The notes under the pieces: model-generated
Told to the model about the DNA's origin: nothing
What the model saw: only the letters and a program-made list of their open reading frames with translations
Database searches by the model: none
Source: an uncultured Cytophagaceae bacterium
Lineage (GTDB): Bacteria; Bacteroidota; Bacteroidia; Cytophagales; Microscillaceae
Direction of reading: 5' to 3'
DNA length: 14,122 nucleotides
Assembly (NCBI GenBank): GCA_937899305.1
Contig: CALDJV010000935.1
Coordinates: forward strand, 1 to 14,122
Shown: one piece after another, positions 1-7,416 of the stretch
Position numbering within the stretch: the stretch's first letter is position 1
Layout: the number at the start of each line of letters is the position of its first letter
Translations under genes and position numbers: made by a program

Positions 1-164
1 CTCAGGATGACTAAAGAATCCTGACGATGGTAAAGAGGAAGAAAAAGTTACTGACGACCGATACAATGTTTTATTTTTGATTATAAAAACCAGGGGAAGA
101 AATTCACCAATTTTGAACACCCTACCTGACAAGTTTTGAAAACCTGCCAGGTATTTTTATCAGG

Positions 165-2714
165 TTAATCTTCCTCCTCCTCTTCTACGTCGTCGGCTTC
201 GGCTCCGTTGAGGCTAGACTCTAGCACATTGGCCAGTTTGGTGCCTTTGAGCATATTGGTAAATACCTGGGCCACACTTTTGCCTCCTAAAATGGCCAAT
301 GGTGACATTGATTTTGCCATTTTTTCGGCCAACGATTTATCGGCAAAGGCTTGCAAAGCAGCTATCAAATTAGGTGATACTGCCTCTGCTTTGTTCACTA
401 CCGCTTGTACTTCAGCCTGGAGTTGTTCCAGCTCTTGATTCAACTCTTTTTGAGCAATTTCTAACAGCAACTCTTCTTCTTTCTGCTTGCGGGCCAGTTC
501 TGCATCATTGATTTGAGTCAATGATTCTTGCTCAGCCAAATTGGCTTCCAGTTTACGTTGCTTAGACTGAATCTCCATGTCTAGTTTTACCAAAATAAGC
601 TCCAACTCTTTTTTGGCTTCCTTTTTCTCCAGATCTAACTGCCGTTGGGTAGTTTCGGATTTGGTAGTAGCAATCTGCTGACTGATTTCTTCGCTTTGTT
701 GGGTAAATTCTAATTTGCGTTTTTCGGCATCTATACGCAAAGTTTGTTTGACCACCTCTTGTTGGGCCGAAATCAACAGGTTTTCAATGCTTACATCGCT
801 CAGGCGAATGTCCAGCACTTCTATGTCATAAATACGCATGTTGTTTTCTTCAAACATACGCCCAGGACGTTTGTTGCTTTCTCCGGCTTCGCCCAAAATA
901 CTATTACGCAAAATGTCAATGCCATTGGCATAAAAATCCATAATGGTGTGTTTTTTCACCTTGTTACGGATAAACGAACGCATGTGGTCGGTCAAAAATT
1001 TGACATAATTCTCAACATTGAACCACTTGTCGGACGCTTCTTCAAAATTGACCCGATAAGAAATGGTAATGCTCACTTGGGTAAAATCAGAAGACTCGGC
1101 TTTGACAATGTCTGAAATTTTGTTGTGTAGTACTCGTAAATATACCGTAGTAATGGTATTATCGGAAGTTTTGGGCGTTCCAGTGGAGAGGGTAATGGGT
1201 TCCAGGCTTTCGTCGTATTCCAGCAAATAAGTTTGGGGCCCGGCTACTACTTTGCGTTGTCCGGTTTTGCTCACTACCAAAATGGCGTACCCGGTCCATA
1301 AGTTGATGGTCACCGCTCCTTCGTATTTGGTATCGAGGGTAATGGTGCGTGGAGGGGTAAAACTTTGCTCTCGGGTAAACTCATCTCCGGCCATTTCTTT
1401 GGAGACTTTCTCTTTCTTCTTGCGACGAGGTGCGGGTACCGGCATTTCGTCGGCCAGTTCTTCCATTTCTATGGCTGCCGCAGGTTCGGCCGATACCTCC
1501 AGATAACCTTCATTTGATTTACGGCGGTCCAGCTCTTGTTTGAGTTGACGATTGTATTCTAAGGCCTCCGAGTTACCTGGAAACCAAAGTTTTACTTGCT
1601 TGGGGTCTAATACCCGCTTGACAAATACTGCTTCTCGAGGATCGGGTAAAAACATGGCCGGACCTTGTTTGAGCGATACTTTTCCAGTTTTTCGGTTGAG
1701 GTAGTAGCGCCCTTCTCCTGCTGGAATGGCAATGGCATAATGTCTTTCTTTTTGGCCATATTTGATAATGGCATGTTCAGGACGAGGATAGTAAATCATT
1801 TGCTCGTTTCCGGTCACAAACAATTCTTCCCCTTCCTGGAAAGTAGTGCCATTTTCTTCATAAGGAGCTATGACCTTGATATACAAGCCACTCATTTCGT
1901 TGAGTTCAATTGCCCGGAACTTACGCGATCCATTGCGATATACAAACTCCTCAGTAGGTTTTGGGAAGACCACCGCAGGGCCTTGAATGTAACGTTTGTT
2001 GCCGTCTTCGTCTAGTAAAATACAATACTCGAGCCGCTCCAGAGTAACCGCTTCTCGCACGTAGTTTCCACTCACCCCTCGTACCACTTCTATGCCGGTG
2101 GGTGGGATATAAAACGATACTGCATCTCCCTTGATGATCAGCATTTTACCCATCGTCAAATCCGGCATTTCCTCCAGATTTATCACTTCTACCTCTGAAC
2201 CTTCTCCCTCCTTTTCTTCTCCGTCTTTGGCCTCTCCTGAACTTTTGGTTTTAATAACTGCCTTGTTCCAATTTTGTCGGGCTTCCTCTTCGTCGTATAC
2301 TCTTACCGCCAAATATTGATTTGAGCGTAAATGATGGCCTCTCAGCACTTTTACCATTTGTCCAGGCCATAGAGCAAAGTTAATAGGTCCCGGAATATTT
2401 ACTTTGCGCCCCACATTCAAAGCTCCCAGATTGCTTACGGTCCCATTTTTAGGCTGAGTACCATCCTGTGGAGGGTTCTTCATGACAATGTACCAACCCT
2501 CGGGTGCAGTGGTGAAAGTTTGCAAGGAAGTGTCAAGTGTACAACGTTCAAACTTTTTAGTTTGTGAATCAAATATGACGGGTTTATCAGTATTGGCCAA
2601 ACTGGTTTTATAAGGCCCTACATATACGTTGATGTTTCCTTTGGTTTGGTCAGAAATAAAAGCAAATTCATTGGGAGTAAGCACCAGATCGCGCTCTCGG
2701 TTGGAGTCTGACAT
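165..2714 (-). CDS. Major vault protein (MVP) homologue, full length (849 aa)
   Basis: The N-terminus (VLTPNEFAFISDQTKGNINVYVGPYKT) resembles the eukaryotic MVP N-terminus ([26 protein letters not shown]). About 500 aa follow as repeated beta-rich MVP-repeat-like modules. Next comes a shoulder-like segment (IYDIEVLDIRLSDVSIENLLISAQQEVVKQTLRIDAEKRK). After it is a long E/K/Q-rich coiled coil, equivalent to the cap-helix. The C-terminal block (PNLIAALQAFADKSLAEKMAKSMSPLAILGG) resembles the human MVP C-terminus and is followed by an acidic tail, DDVEEEEED. Start is ATG and stop is TAA. Confidence 0.85.
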   Translation of the reverse strand: MSDSNRERDLVLTPNEFAFISDQTKGNINVYVGPYKTSLANTDKPVIFDSQTKKFERCTLDTSLQTFTTAPEGWYIVMKNPPQDGTQPKNGTVSNLGALNVGRKVNIPGPINFALWPGQMVKVLRGHHLRSNQYLAVRVYDEEEARQNWNKAVIKTKSSGEAKDGEEKEGEGSEVEVINLEEMPDLTMGKMLIIKGDAVSFYIPPTGIEVVRGVSGNYVREAVTLERLEYCILLDEDGNKRYIQGPAVVFPKPTEEFVYRNGSRKFRAIELNEMSGLYIKVIAPYEENGTTFQEGEELFVTGNEQMIYYPRPEHAIIKYGQKERHYAIAIPAGEGRYYLNRKTGKVSLKQGPAMFLPDPREAVFVKRVLDPKQVKLWFPGNSEALEYNRQLKQELDRRKSNEGYLEVSAEPAAAIEMEELADEMPVPAPRRKKKEKVSKEMAGDEFTREQSFTPPRTITLDTKYEGAVTINLWTGYAILVVSKTGQRKVVAGPQTYLLEYDESLEPITLSTGTPKTSDNTITTVYLRVLHNKISDIVKAESSDFTQVSITISYRVNFEEASDKWFNVENYVKFLTDHMRSFIRNKVKKHTIMDFYANGIDILRNSILGEAGESNKRPGRMFEENNMRIYDIEVLDIRLSDVSIENLLISAQQEVVKQTLRIDAEKRKLEFTQQSEEISQQIATTKSETTQRQLDLEKKEAKKELELILVKLDMEIQSKQRKLEANLAEQESLTQINDAELARKQKEEELLLEIAQKELNQELEQLQAEVQAVVNKAEAVSPNLIAALQAFADKSLAEKMAKSMSPLAILGGKSVAQVFTNMLKGTKLANVLESSLNGAEADDVEEEEED

Positions 2715-2907
2715 ATCGTTTTCTATTTTGATTAAGTTGGGTATGTATTATGGCAATGAATTTACATAAAAATTTGAGTTTTGGGGTATTGGTTTCCTTT
2801 TTTTTGGCCTGAAGCAAAGACATAGTGAATGAAAATAATCGCTATTTCAGGCTTACGAATTCGTAGAGCACAATTCAATCAAAAGCGCTTGGTCAAGTTT
2901 CAAACCC

Positions 2908-2949
2908 CAATCAATAAAAAACCCAACAGATTTGGAGGGTCTGTTGGGT
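2908..2949 (-). terminator. Rho-independent terminator of the upstream 557-aa gene, insulating it from MVP
   Basis: Read on the minus strand, the element starts about 30 nt after the stop at 2981. It reads CCCAACAG-(11 nt loop)-CTGTTGGG, an 8-9 bp GC-rich stem, followed by TTTTTTATTGATT. Confidence 0.55.
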
Positions 2950-2980
2950 AGATTTTGTCATTTACTTTATCGAGCATACC

Positions 2981-4654
2981 CTAGGCAAGTCGTCCATCCG
3001 CTCTCATTTTATTGTAATGTTCGGGAGTGAGCTCAGCCACTGGAATGCGAAACACATTCATGGCTAACCCATCTGATATATGCTCCTGCTCATTGTCTAT
3101 TTCTTTTTTCCCTTTTTGCACATACTGGAGCTTGTTCAATCCTGGAAAAGTTTCTACCAATTGACCATTAGGGTCTTTTACCCACCAATGTTCATAGCCA
3201 ATTTTATCTGGTCGCTCATGCATACAAATTTTCCAAGTGTTTTTGGTTCCAAGTGGCAACACACGCAAGCCGTAGCTCTCAATTGTATTGATCATCACTT
3301 GTTGAGTAGCCTGCTTTACGGCCTTTTTTCTTGCTTTCCCAATTTTTTTGGCACTCCCCTGCCTACGGCTCACTTCTTTCAGATGAGTTACTGTAGCATC
3401 TAAACGTTCTCGAGCATTGTCAAACCTATTTTTTTCTGCTTCATTTAACTCATTTTGTACAAACATCGTGTATGCATCATCCCGTCCTAAACCAATCCCA
3501 GTTCCTCCTACATTGGATGGTACTTGGCTACTTACATAACCAAACATCGCGGTAGATTTTGGTACTCTCACATCTTCTGAAACTGCTCCAAGTAAGGCCC
3601 AATTCCAACAAGCAGGTCCATCAACAGACTTTTTCGTTTGAGAGGCCTCAAACTCCGCTTGAGCTTCTTCATCTAAGATAGTAGGCCCTAACTGGGAGCT
3701 TTCATTCTTTTTAAAATTCTTAAGTTTTACTGGTTTCTCATTCTCTTCTGCCATAATACCGCCTGCAAGCACATACAATTCACCTGGCTGAAATTCCCTT
3801 TCTACATCTTGAACCGTACCGTCGTAACTTAGTATCTTGTACACTTTTCTGGGCAAAGGTATCTTGGTATTGGTGCCCCAGATTTTTTTTAAAAATGATT
3901 TATCATTTACTGTCACCACTGTACCTTCTGGCAAAGTTCCTACCCTCTGTCCACTTTTGTTATAAACAGCCCTGTCACTCACATCACCTTTTTTGGAGGT
4001 ATGGTTTTTTATCTTGGTATTGATAATCCTCTGAACAGGAGAGGCCAAACTAAGTGTACTGGTGTTTGTTTCATTAGAAGAAACCTTTTCATCTGCTTTT
4101 CTTTGCAAAGGCTGCGCCGCCATTTGGTCGACTACTTGCTCTCGGGTGGTGTCTACCGATTGGCCGTTGACTACCTGGTCGCCTTTTGGAGTTCCATTTT
4201 TTGCATTGTCTATGGCGTGAGCCACTTCATGTTTGATGTTCGACTCAGTATCCTTGCCTGGAGCAAAGTCAATCTTGCTCCCCTGAATGGTGGCTTCGGC
4301 ATTGACTGTGTCTGGAAAAGGTGAATTATGATTGGCCTTCAAGCTCGACGTATCTACCCCATGTTGCTGCCCCATGGTGGTGGCTATTTCCTTGAATTTG
4401 GCCGAGCCTTGAGGTTGTTTGGTTTGTCCAGCCGAATTACGCTGCACTGGCTTTTGTTTGGCCTGAACGGGACGTTGCTTGGCTTGAATTGGTTTTTGTT
4501 TGGCCTGAACAGGGCGTTGCTTCGCTTGAATCGGCTTCTGCTTGGCTTGAATGGTACTTTTGCTTTGGGCTTTAGCTGATTTATTTGGTTCAACTGACTG
4601 TTTGCTTTGGGCTTGGGTGTTGTCGTTATGATTAGATGATGCTTGTTGATGCAT
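2981..4654 (-). CDS. Multidomain protein: N-terminal Q/K/P heptad repeats + DUF4157 (zincin-like HExxH) domain + C-terminal putative papain-fold Cys/His domain; polymorphic-toxin/effector-like
   Basis: Residues about 92-150 (MGQQHGVDTSSLKANHNS...NAEATIQGSKIDFAPGKDTESNIKHEVAHAIDN) fit the DUF4157 pattern. That pattern is M..FG.DFS.VR.H...A.A.T.G..I.F..G.......HE.AHxxQ, with the HExxH motif. Residues 36-71 are five copies of QAKQ[KR]P[IV]. In the C-terminal 330 aa, Cys349 sits in GPACWNWALLG and His489 in IGYEHWWVKD. Their 140-aa spacing is reminiscent of the papain-like Cys...His-aromatic arrangement. No signal peptide is evident. Confidence 0.7.
   Translation of the reverse strand: MHQQASSNHNDNTQAQSKQSVEPNKSAKAQSKSTIQAKQKPIQAKQRPVQAKQKPIQAKQRPVQAKQKPVQRNSAGQTKQPQGSAKFKEIATTMGQQHGVDTSSLKANHNSPFPDTVNAEATIQGSKIDFAPGKDTESNIKHEVAHAIDNAKNGTPKGDQVVNGQSVDTTREQVVDQMAAQPLQRKADEKVSSNETNTSTLSLASPVQRIINTKIKNHTSKKGDVSDRAVYNKSGQRVGTLPEGTVVTVNDKSFLKKIWGTNTKIPLPRKVYKILSYDGTVQDVEREFQPGELYVLAGGIMAEENEKPVKLKNFKKNESSQLGPTILDEEAQAEFEASQTKKSVDGPACWNWALLGAVSEDVRVPKSTAMFGYVSSQVPSNVGGTGIGLGRDDAYTMFVQNELNEAEKNRFDNARERLDATVTHLKEVSRRQGSAKKIGKARKKAVKQATQQVMINTIESYGLRVLPLGTKNTWKICMHERPDKIGYEHWWVKDPNGQLVETFPGLNKLQYVQKGKKEIDNEQEHISDGLAMNVFRIPVAELTPEHYNKMRADGRLA
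4442..4549. repeat. In-frame imperfect 21-bp tandem repeat x5 (encodes QAKQ[KR]P[IV]) inside the 557-aa CDS
   Basis: The nucleotide period is visible directly: ttgcttggcttgaattggtttttgtttggcctgaac is repeated with small substitutions. The protein-level heptad repeat confirms it. Confidence 0.8.
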
Positions 4655-5255
4655 ATTAGTTTTTAAAATTAGATAATACCTTGAAAATCTACCAACCTGA
4701 ATAAAGCAGAATGGGCCACTTTAGCTAAAGCCACCTATGTTTGGTGTCTTCAGCTTACCTAGGTATTCTTCGAAGCTGTATCGTGATTATTTTCACAATA
4801 CAGTTTTAAAATCTGCTTTTATTTGGTTATAAAGTCGTTTTTAAAAACTTTTTTCTTTCAGGCATCCGCCTGATGACTGCAATCAATAACCCTTACAAAG
4901 CAGGCTAACATTTGGTTGCTTTGATAATTAAATTTATTAACAGCCTCTTAACACAGTTGTATTATTCAAATAATCATTTTCACCTTATCTCAAGCATTGA
5001 AGTAGGTTTATTAATTCGTAATAAGGTCGAAGGCAACTTGATATTGACTAAAAAGAAAGCCTTGTGCTCAAGTCAAAAAAACCTTAACTCAAACAATTTT
5101 TCATAAAATCTTACCATAATTCGTTATATTACCATTGAAGTATAGATTGATCATAAAAATTAGCATCTTTGAAAGCATACGATGCTTGGAAGCGGTGATT
5201 TTATTTGAAAACCAACTTTCAAACACTCGTACCAAACATTCAAATAATTATTTCT
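4655..5255. promoter_or_regulatory. 600-bp AT-rich divergent intergenic region; presumed promoters for the 557-aa gene (minus strand) and the subtilase (plus strand)
   Basis: The stretch has no convincing ORF and sits between divergently transcribed genes. It contains small palindromes (gtttttaaaaac, caggcatccgcctg). I could not assign precise -33/-7 elements by eye. Confidence 0.3.
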
Positions 5256-6917
5256 ATGAAATTGAAAAGTATTTTTATAATAGGTTTATTGTTCATTCAA
5301 GTAGGGATGGCCAACGCCAAAACTCCTACCCCTTACAAATTCCCCTACCCCGTTTTCCATTTTTCTAATATTTATTGGGTAGTAGCCAGTGATAGCACCG
5401 ACAAACCTCCCAAAAACTGGTTCAATCTCGATGCCAAGCAGGATAATATTCGTGGAGTGAGTACCGAAAAAACGTATCAGACCTTGTTGAAAGGCAAAAA
5501 ATCTACTACAGTAGTAGTAGCCGTGATCGACTCGGGCATAGATACCAAACACCCTGATTTGAAAAAGCAGATTTGGGTAAACCCCAAAGAAAAACCGGGC
5601 AACGGCAAAGACGATGACAAAAATGGGTATGTGGATGATATAAATGGTTGGGATTTTATCGGCGGAAAAGACGGCAAAGATGTGGATATAGATACCTATG
5701 AGCTTACCCGGGAATTGCTTCGTCTGGAGAAAAAATTTGCCGATGCCGACCCTGAAAAGATACGCAAGAAAGACAAGAAGGAATATGAGAGTTATCTTAA
5801 AATAAAGAAAACACACGCCAGTAAATACGGTGAGGCGCGTCAGACCTACGCAGTGATCACTCAAATCAAAGCAGCTTATCAAGTGGTTCAAAAAGCACTT
5901 GGCAAAAAAGATGTCAAAAAAGAAGACCTTGATAACCTCAACAGTGAGGACGCGGAGGTAGTGCAAGCAGCTCAGATTCTAAAACGAGCCATTGGATTTG
6001 GCCTTCCCTTGGGTCAGATAGAGGAAGCCCACAAACATTACGAAACCATGTTTAAATATTGGTTGAACAAGGATTTTAACCCCCGCAATATTGTAGGAGA
6101 TAACTACAAGAAGTTGAATGAAAAAGGGTATGGTAACAATGAGGTACAGGGCCCTGACGCAGATCACGGAACTCACGTAGCAGGGATTATCGGAGCCGAC
6201 AGAACCAATGATGTGGGTATCAAAGGAGTAGCTGACAATGTCAAAATTATGGTATTGAGAGCAGTGCCCAATGGAGACGAAAGAGACAAGGACATTGCCA
6301 ACGCCATTCGTTATGCAGTAGACAATGGGGCACGCATCATCAACATGAGTTTTGGTAAGTCTTATTCTCCTAACAAAGAATTTGTTGACAAGGCGGTAAA
6401 GTACGCCCAAAAGAAAGGAGTATTGTTGATACACGCTGCAGGTAACGACGGCGCTAACTTGGACGAAGCAGCTAATTTTCCTAATAAAAAATTCAAAAAC
6501 TCTAAAAAATCGGCCAAAAACTGGATTGAAGTAGGTGCTTCTTCCTGGGGAGACGAGAAGAATTTTGTGGGTAGTTTTTCAAACTATGGTAAAACTGCAG
6601 TAGATGTATTTGCCCCTGGGGTAGCCATCAACTCTACCATTCCTGACAATAAATACACTGAGCATGACGGAACCAGTATGGCCGCTCCGGTAGTATCTGG
6701 AGTAGCTGCTTTACTGATGTCTTACTTCCCTGAATTGAGCGCTGAAGATGTAAAGGAAATCATTCTGAAGTCATCAATTAAGTACACTGATAAGGAAATC
6801 AACAAACCGGGTAGAGGTAAAAACACCATTAAATTTGGTGAATTGTCAGCAACTGGGGGTATTGTCAATGCATACGAAGCCGTAAAAATGGCTCAAAACT
6901 GGAAGGATAATAAGTAG
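5256..6917 (+). CDS. Secreted subtilisin-like serine peptidase (S8 family)
   Basis: The catalytic triad motifs are present: Asp in VVAVIDSGID, His in DADHGTHVAG, Ser in GTSMAAPVVSG, plus the oxyanion Asn in HAAGNDG. A signal peptide MKLKSIFIIGLLFIQVGMANA begins at an internal ATG (about 5256). The ORF-track start at 5205 is probably upstream of the true start. A charged insert of about 180 aa lies between the catalytic Asp and His. Confidence 0.9.
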   Translation: MKLKSIFIIGLLFIQVGMANAKTPTPYKFPYPVFHFSNIYWVVASDSTDKPPKNWFNLDAKQDNIRGVSTEKTYQTLLKGKKSTTVVVAVIDSGIDTKHPDLKKQIWVNPKEKPGNGKDDDKNGYVDDINGWDFIGGKDGKDVDIDTYELTRELLRLEKKFADADPEKIRKKDKKEYESYLKIKKTHASKYGEARQTYAVITQIKAAYQVVQKALGKKDVKKEDLDNLNSEDAEVVQAAQILKRAIGFGLPLGQIEEAHKHYETMFKYWLNKDFNPRNIVGDNYKKLNEKGYGNNEVQGPDADHGTHVAGIIGADRTNDVGIKGVADNVKIMVLRAVPNGDERDKDIANAIRYAVDNGARIINMSFGKSYSPNKEFVDKAVKYAQKKGVLLIHAAGNDGANLDEAANFPNKKFKNSKKSAKNWIEVGASSWGDEKNFVGSFSNYGKTAVDVFAPGVAINSTIPDNKYTEHDGTSMAAPVVSGVAALLMSYFPELSAEDVKEIILKSSIKYTDKEINKPGRGKNTIKFGELSATGGIVNAYEAVKMAQNWKDNK

Positions 6918-6949
6918 TTTTTTTAGTTTTAAAGTCAATAGTTTTCTTT

Positions 6950-7021
6950 AGTTGGTAGTCCGTAGTTTTATTTAGTTGGTAGTCCGTAGTTTTATTTAGT
7001 TGGTAGTCCGTAGTTTTATTT
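6950..7021. repeat. Perfect 3 x 24-bp tandem repeat (AGTTGGTAGTCCGTAGTTTTATTT)
   Basis: Three identical head-to-tail copies start about 33 nt after the subtilase stop. Degenerate AGTCC(A)-containing copies follow at about 7022-7050 (agtccacggtcgacagtccatagtccacag). Confidence 0.9.
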
Positions 7022-7168
7022 AGTCCACGGTCGACAGTCCATAGTCCACAGTAGCGCGATGCGGAACAATTAGCTTTTGGTCCTTGGTTGACTAATTGAA
7101 TGAAAAATGATACGCCGCTTTGCGCAACCCGAAGTCCTGAGCGAAGCCGAAGGAACTAGCAATGCAGC

Positions 7169-7291
7169 AATGAGCCGAAGGCGGAACAATGTAACAATAG
7201 CAATAAGTCATCGCTTTGCGAAACAATTAAACAATGAGCCGAAGGCGGAGCAATGTAACAATAGCAATAAATCATCGCTTCGCGAAACAAT
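7169..7291. repeat. Two near-identical ~59-bp direct repeats (period 64 bp) with degenerate partial copies upstream
   Basis: The unit aatgagccgaaggcgg[a/g]acaatgtaacaatagcaataa[g/a]tcatcgctt[t/c]gcgaaacaat occurs twice. Related fragments (gcgatgcggaacaat, gagcgaagccgaagg, ccgctttgcgcaaccc) lie at about 7055-7168. Each unit carries an imperfect internal inverted repeat, gccgaaggcg / cgcttcgcg. Confidence 0.85.
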
Positions 7292-7367
7292 AGTCCAGAG
7301 CTGATGAAATCGAAAAGTTATTTTTTCAGCTTTAATAAACGTAAAAAATTGACTATATCAATAATTG

Positions 7368-7400
7368 GTCTCGCAGGTATTTTACTTGCGAGGCTTTTTT
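7368..7400 (+). terminator. Intrinsic-terminator-like hairpin + U-tract, 17 nt upstream of the start codon of the next gene
   Basis: The sequence is GGTCTCGCAGG-tatttta-CTTGCGAGGC, a roughly 10-bp stem, followed by TTTTTTATAT. This pattern exists only on the plus strand. It could end the subtilase/repeat transcript or act as a leader attenuator for the three-gene operon. Confidence 0.45.
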
Positions 7401-7416
7401 ATATCTGAGCATTCCC

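Noticed and set aside
124-160. Imperfect hairpin ACCTGACAAG-ttttgaaaa-CCTGCCAGGT followed by ATTTTTAT on the plus strand, just beyond the MVP stop
   Set aside because: Its U-tract is on the plus strand, so it cannot terminate MVP on the minus strand. It might serve a convergent gene left of the window. The stem is imperfect, and with no gene visible I did not call it.
208-2319. Plus-strand ORFs of 62-123 aa (208-438, 744-1115, 1252-1506, 1665-2015, 2131-2319)
   Set aside because: All lie antisense inside the well-supported MVP CDS. Their translations are low-complexity with no recognisable motifs.
2853-2864. Perfect 12-bp palindrome TACGAATTCGTA about 140 bp upstream of the MVP start
   Set aside because: Several 12-bp perfect palindromes are expected by chance in 14 kb, roughly 3. 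It could be an operator, but there is no supporting evidence such as a second copy or an adjacent regulator.
3080-4593. ORFs overlapping the 557-aa gene (3080-3403 +, 4001-4324 +, 4328-4579 +, 4384-4593 -)
   Set aside because: They are antisense or out of frame within a CDS that has clear domain signatures. The two near 4400-4590 are merely alternative readings of the 21-bp tandem repeat, which explains their repetitive L/G/N or K/P/N-rich sequences.
4912-5368. Small ORFs in the AT-rich intergenic region (4912-5106, 5135-5368)
   Set aside because: Both have low-complexity translations. One has a TTG start and the other overlaps the subtilase start out of frame. The region is better explained as promoter space.
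5286-6434. Minus-strand ORFs 5286-5966, 5477-5677, 5979-6434
   Set aside because: They are antisense to the subtilase gene, whose catalytic motifs make the plus-strand frame unambiguous. Their translations are hydrophobic, low-complexity shadow ORFs.
6950-7291. Possibility that the tandem repeats are a CRISPR array
   Set aside because: The copies are directly adjacent, or separated by only 5 bp of constant sequence, with no unique spacers. There is no cas gene or leader.
7107-7304. 65-aa ORF covering the 59-bp repeats
   Set aside because: Its protein sequence repeats only because the DNA does (SRRRNNVTIAISHRFAKQ appears twice). There is no start-site context, and it spans degenerate repeat copies.
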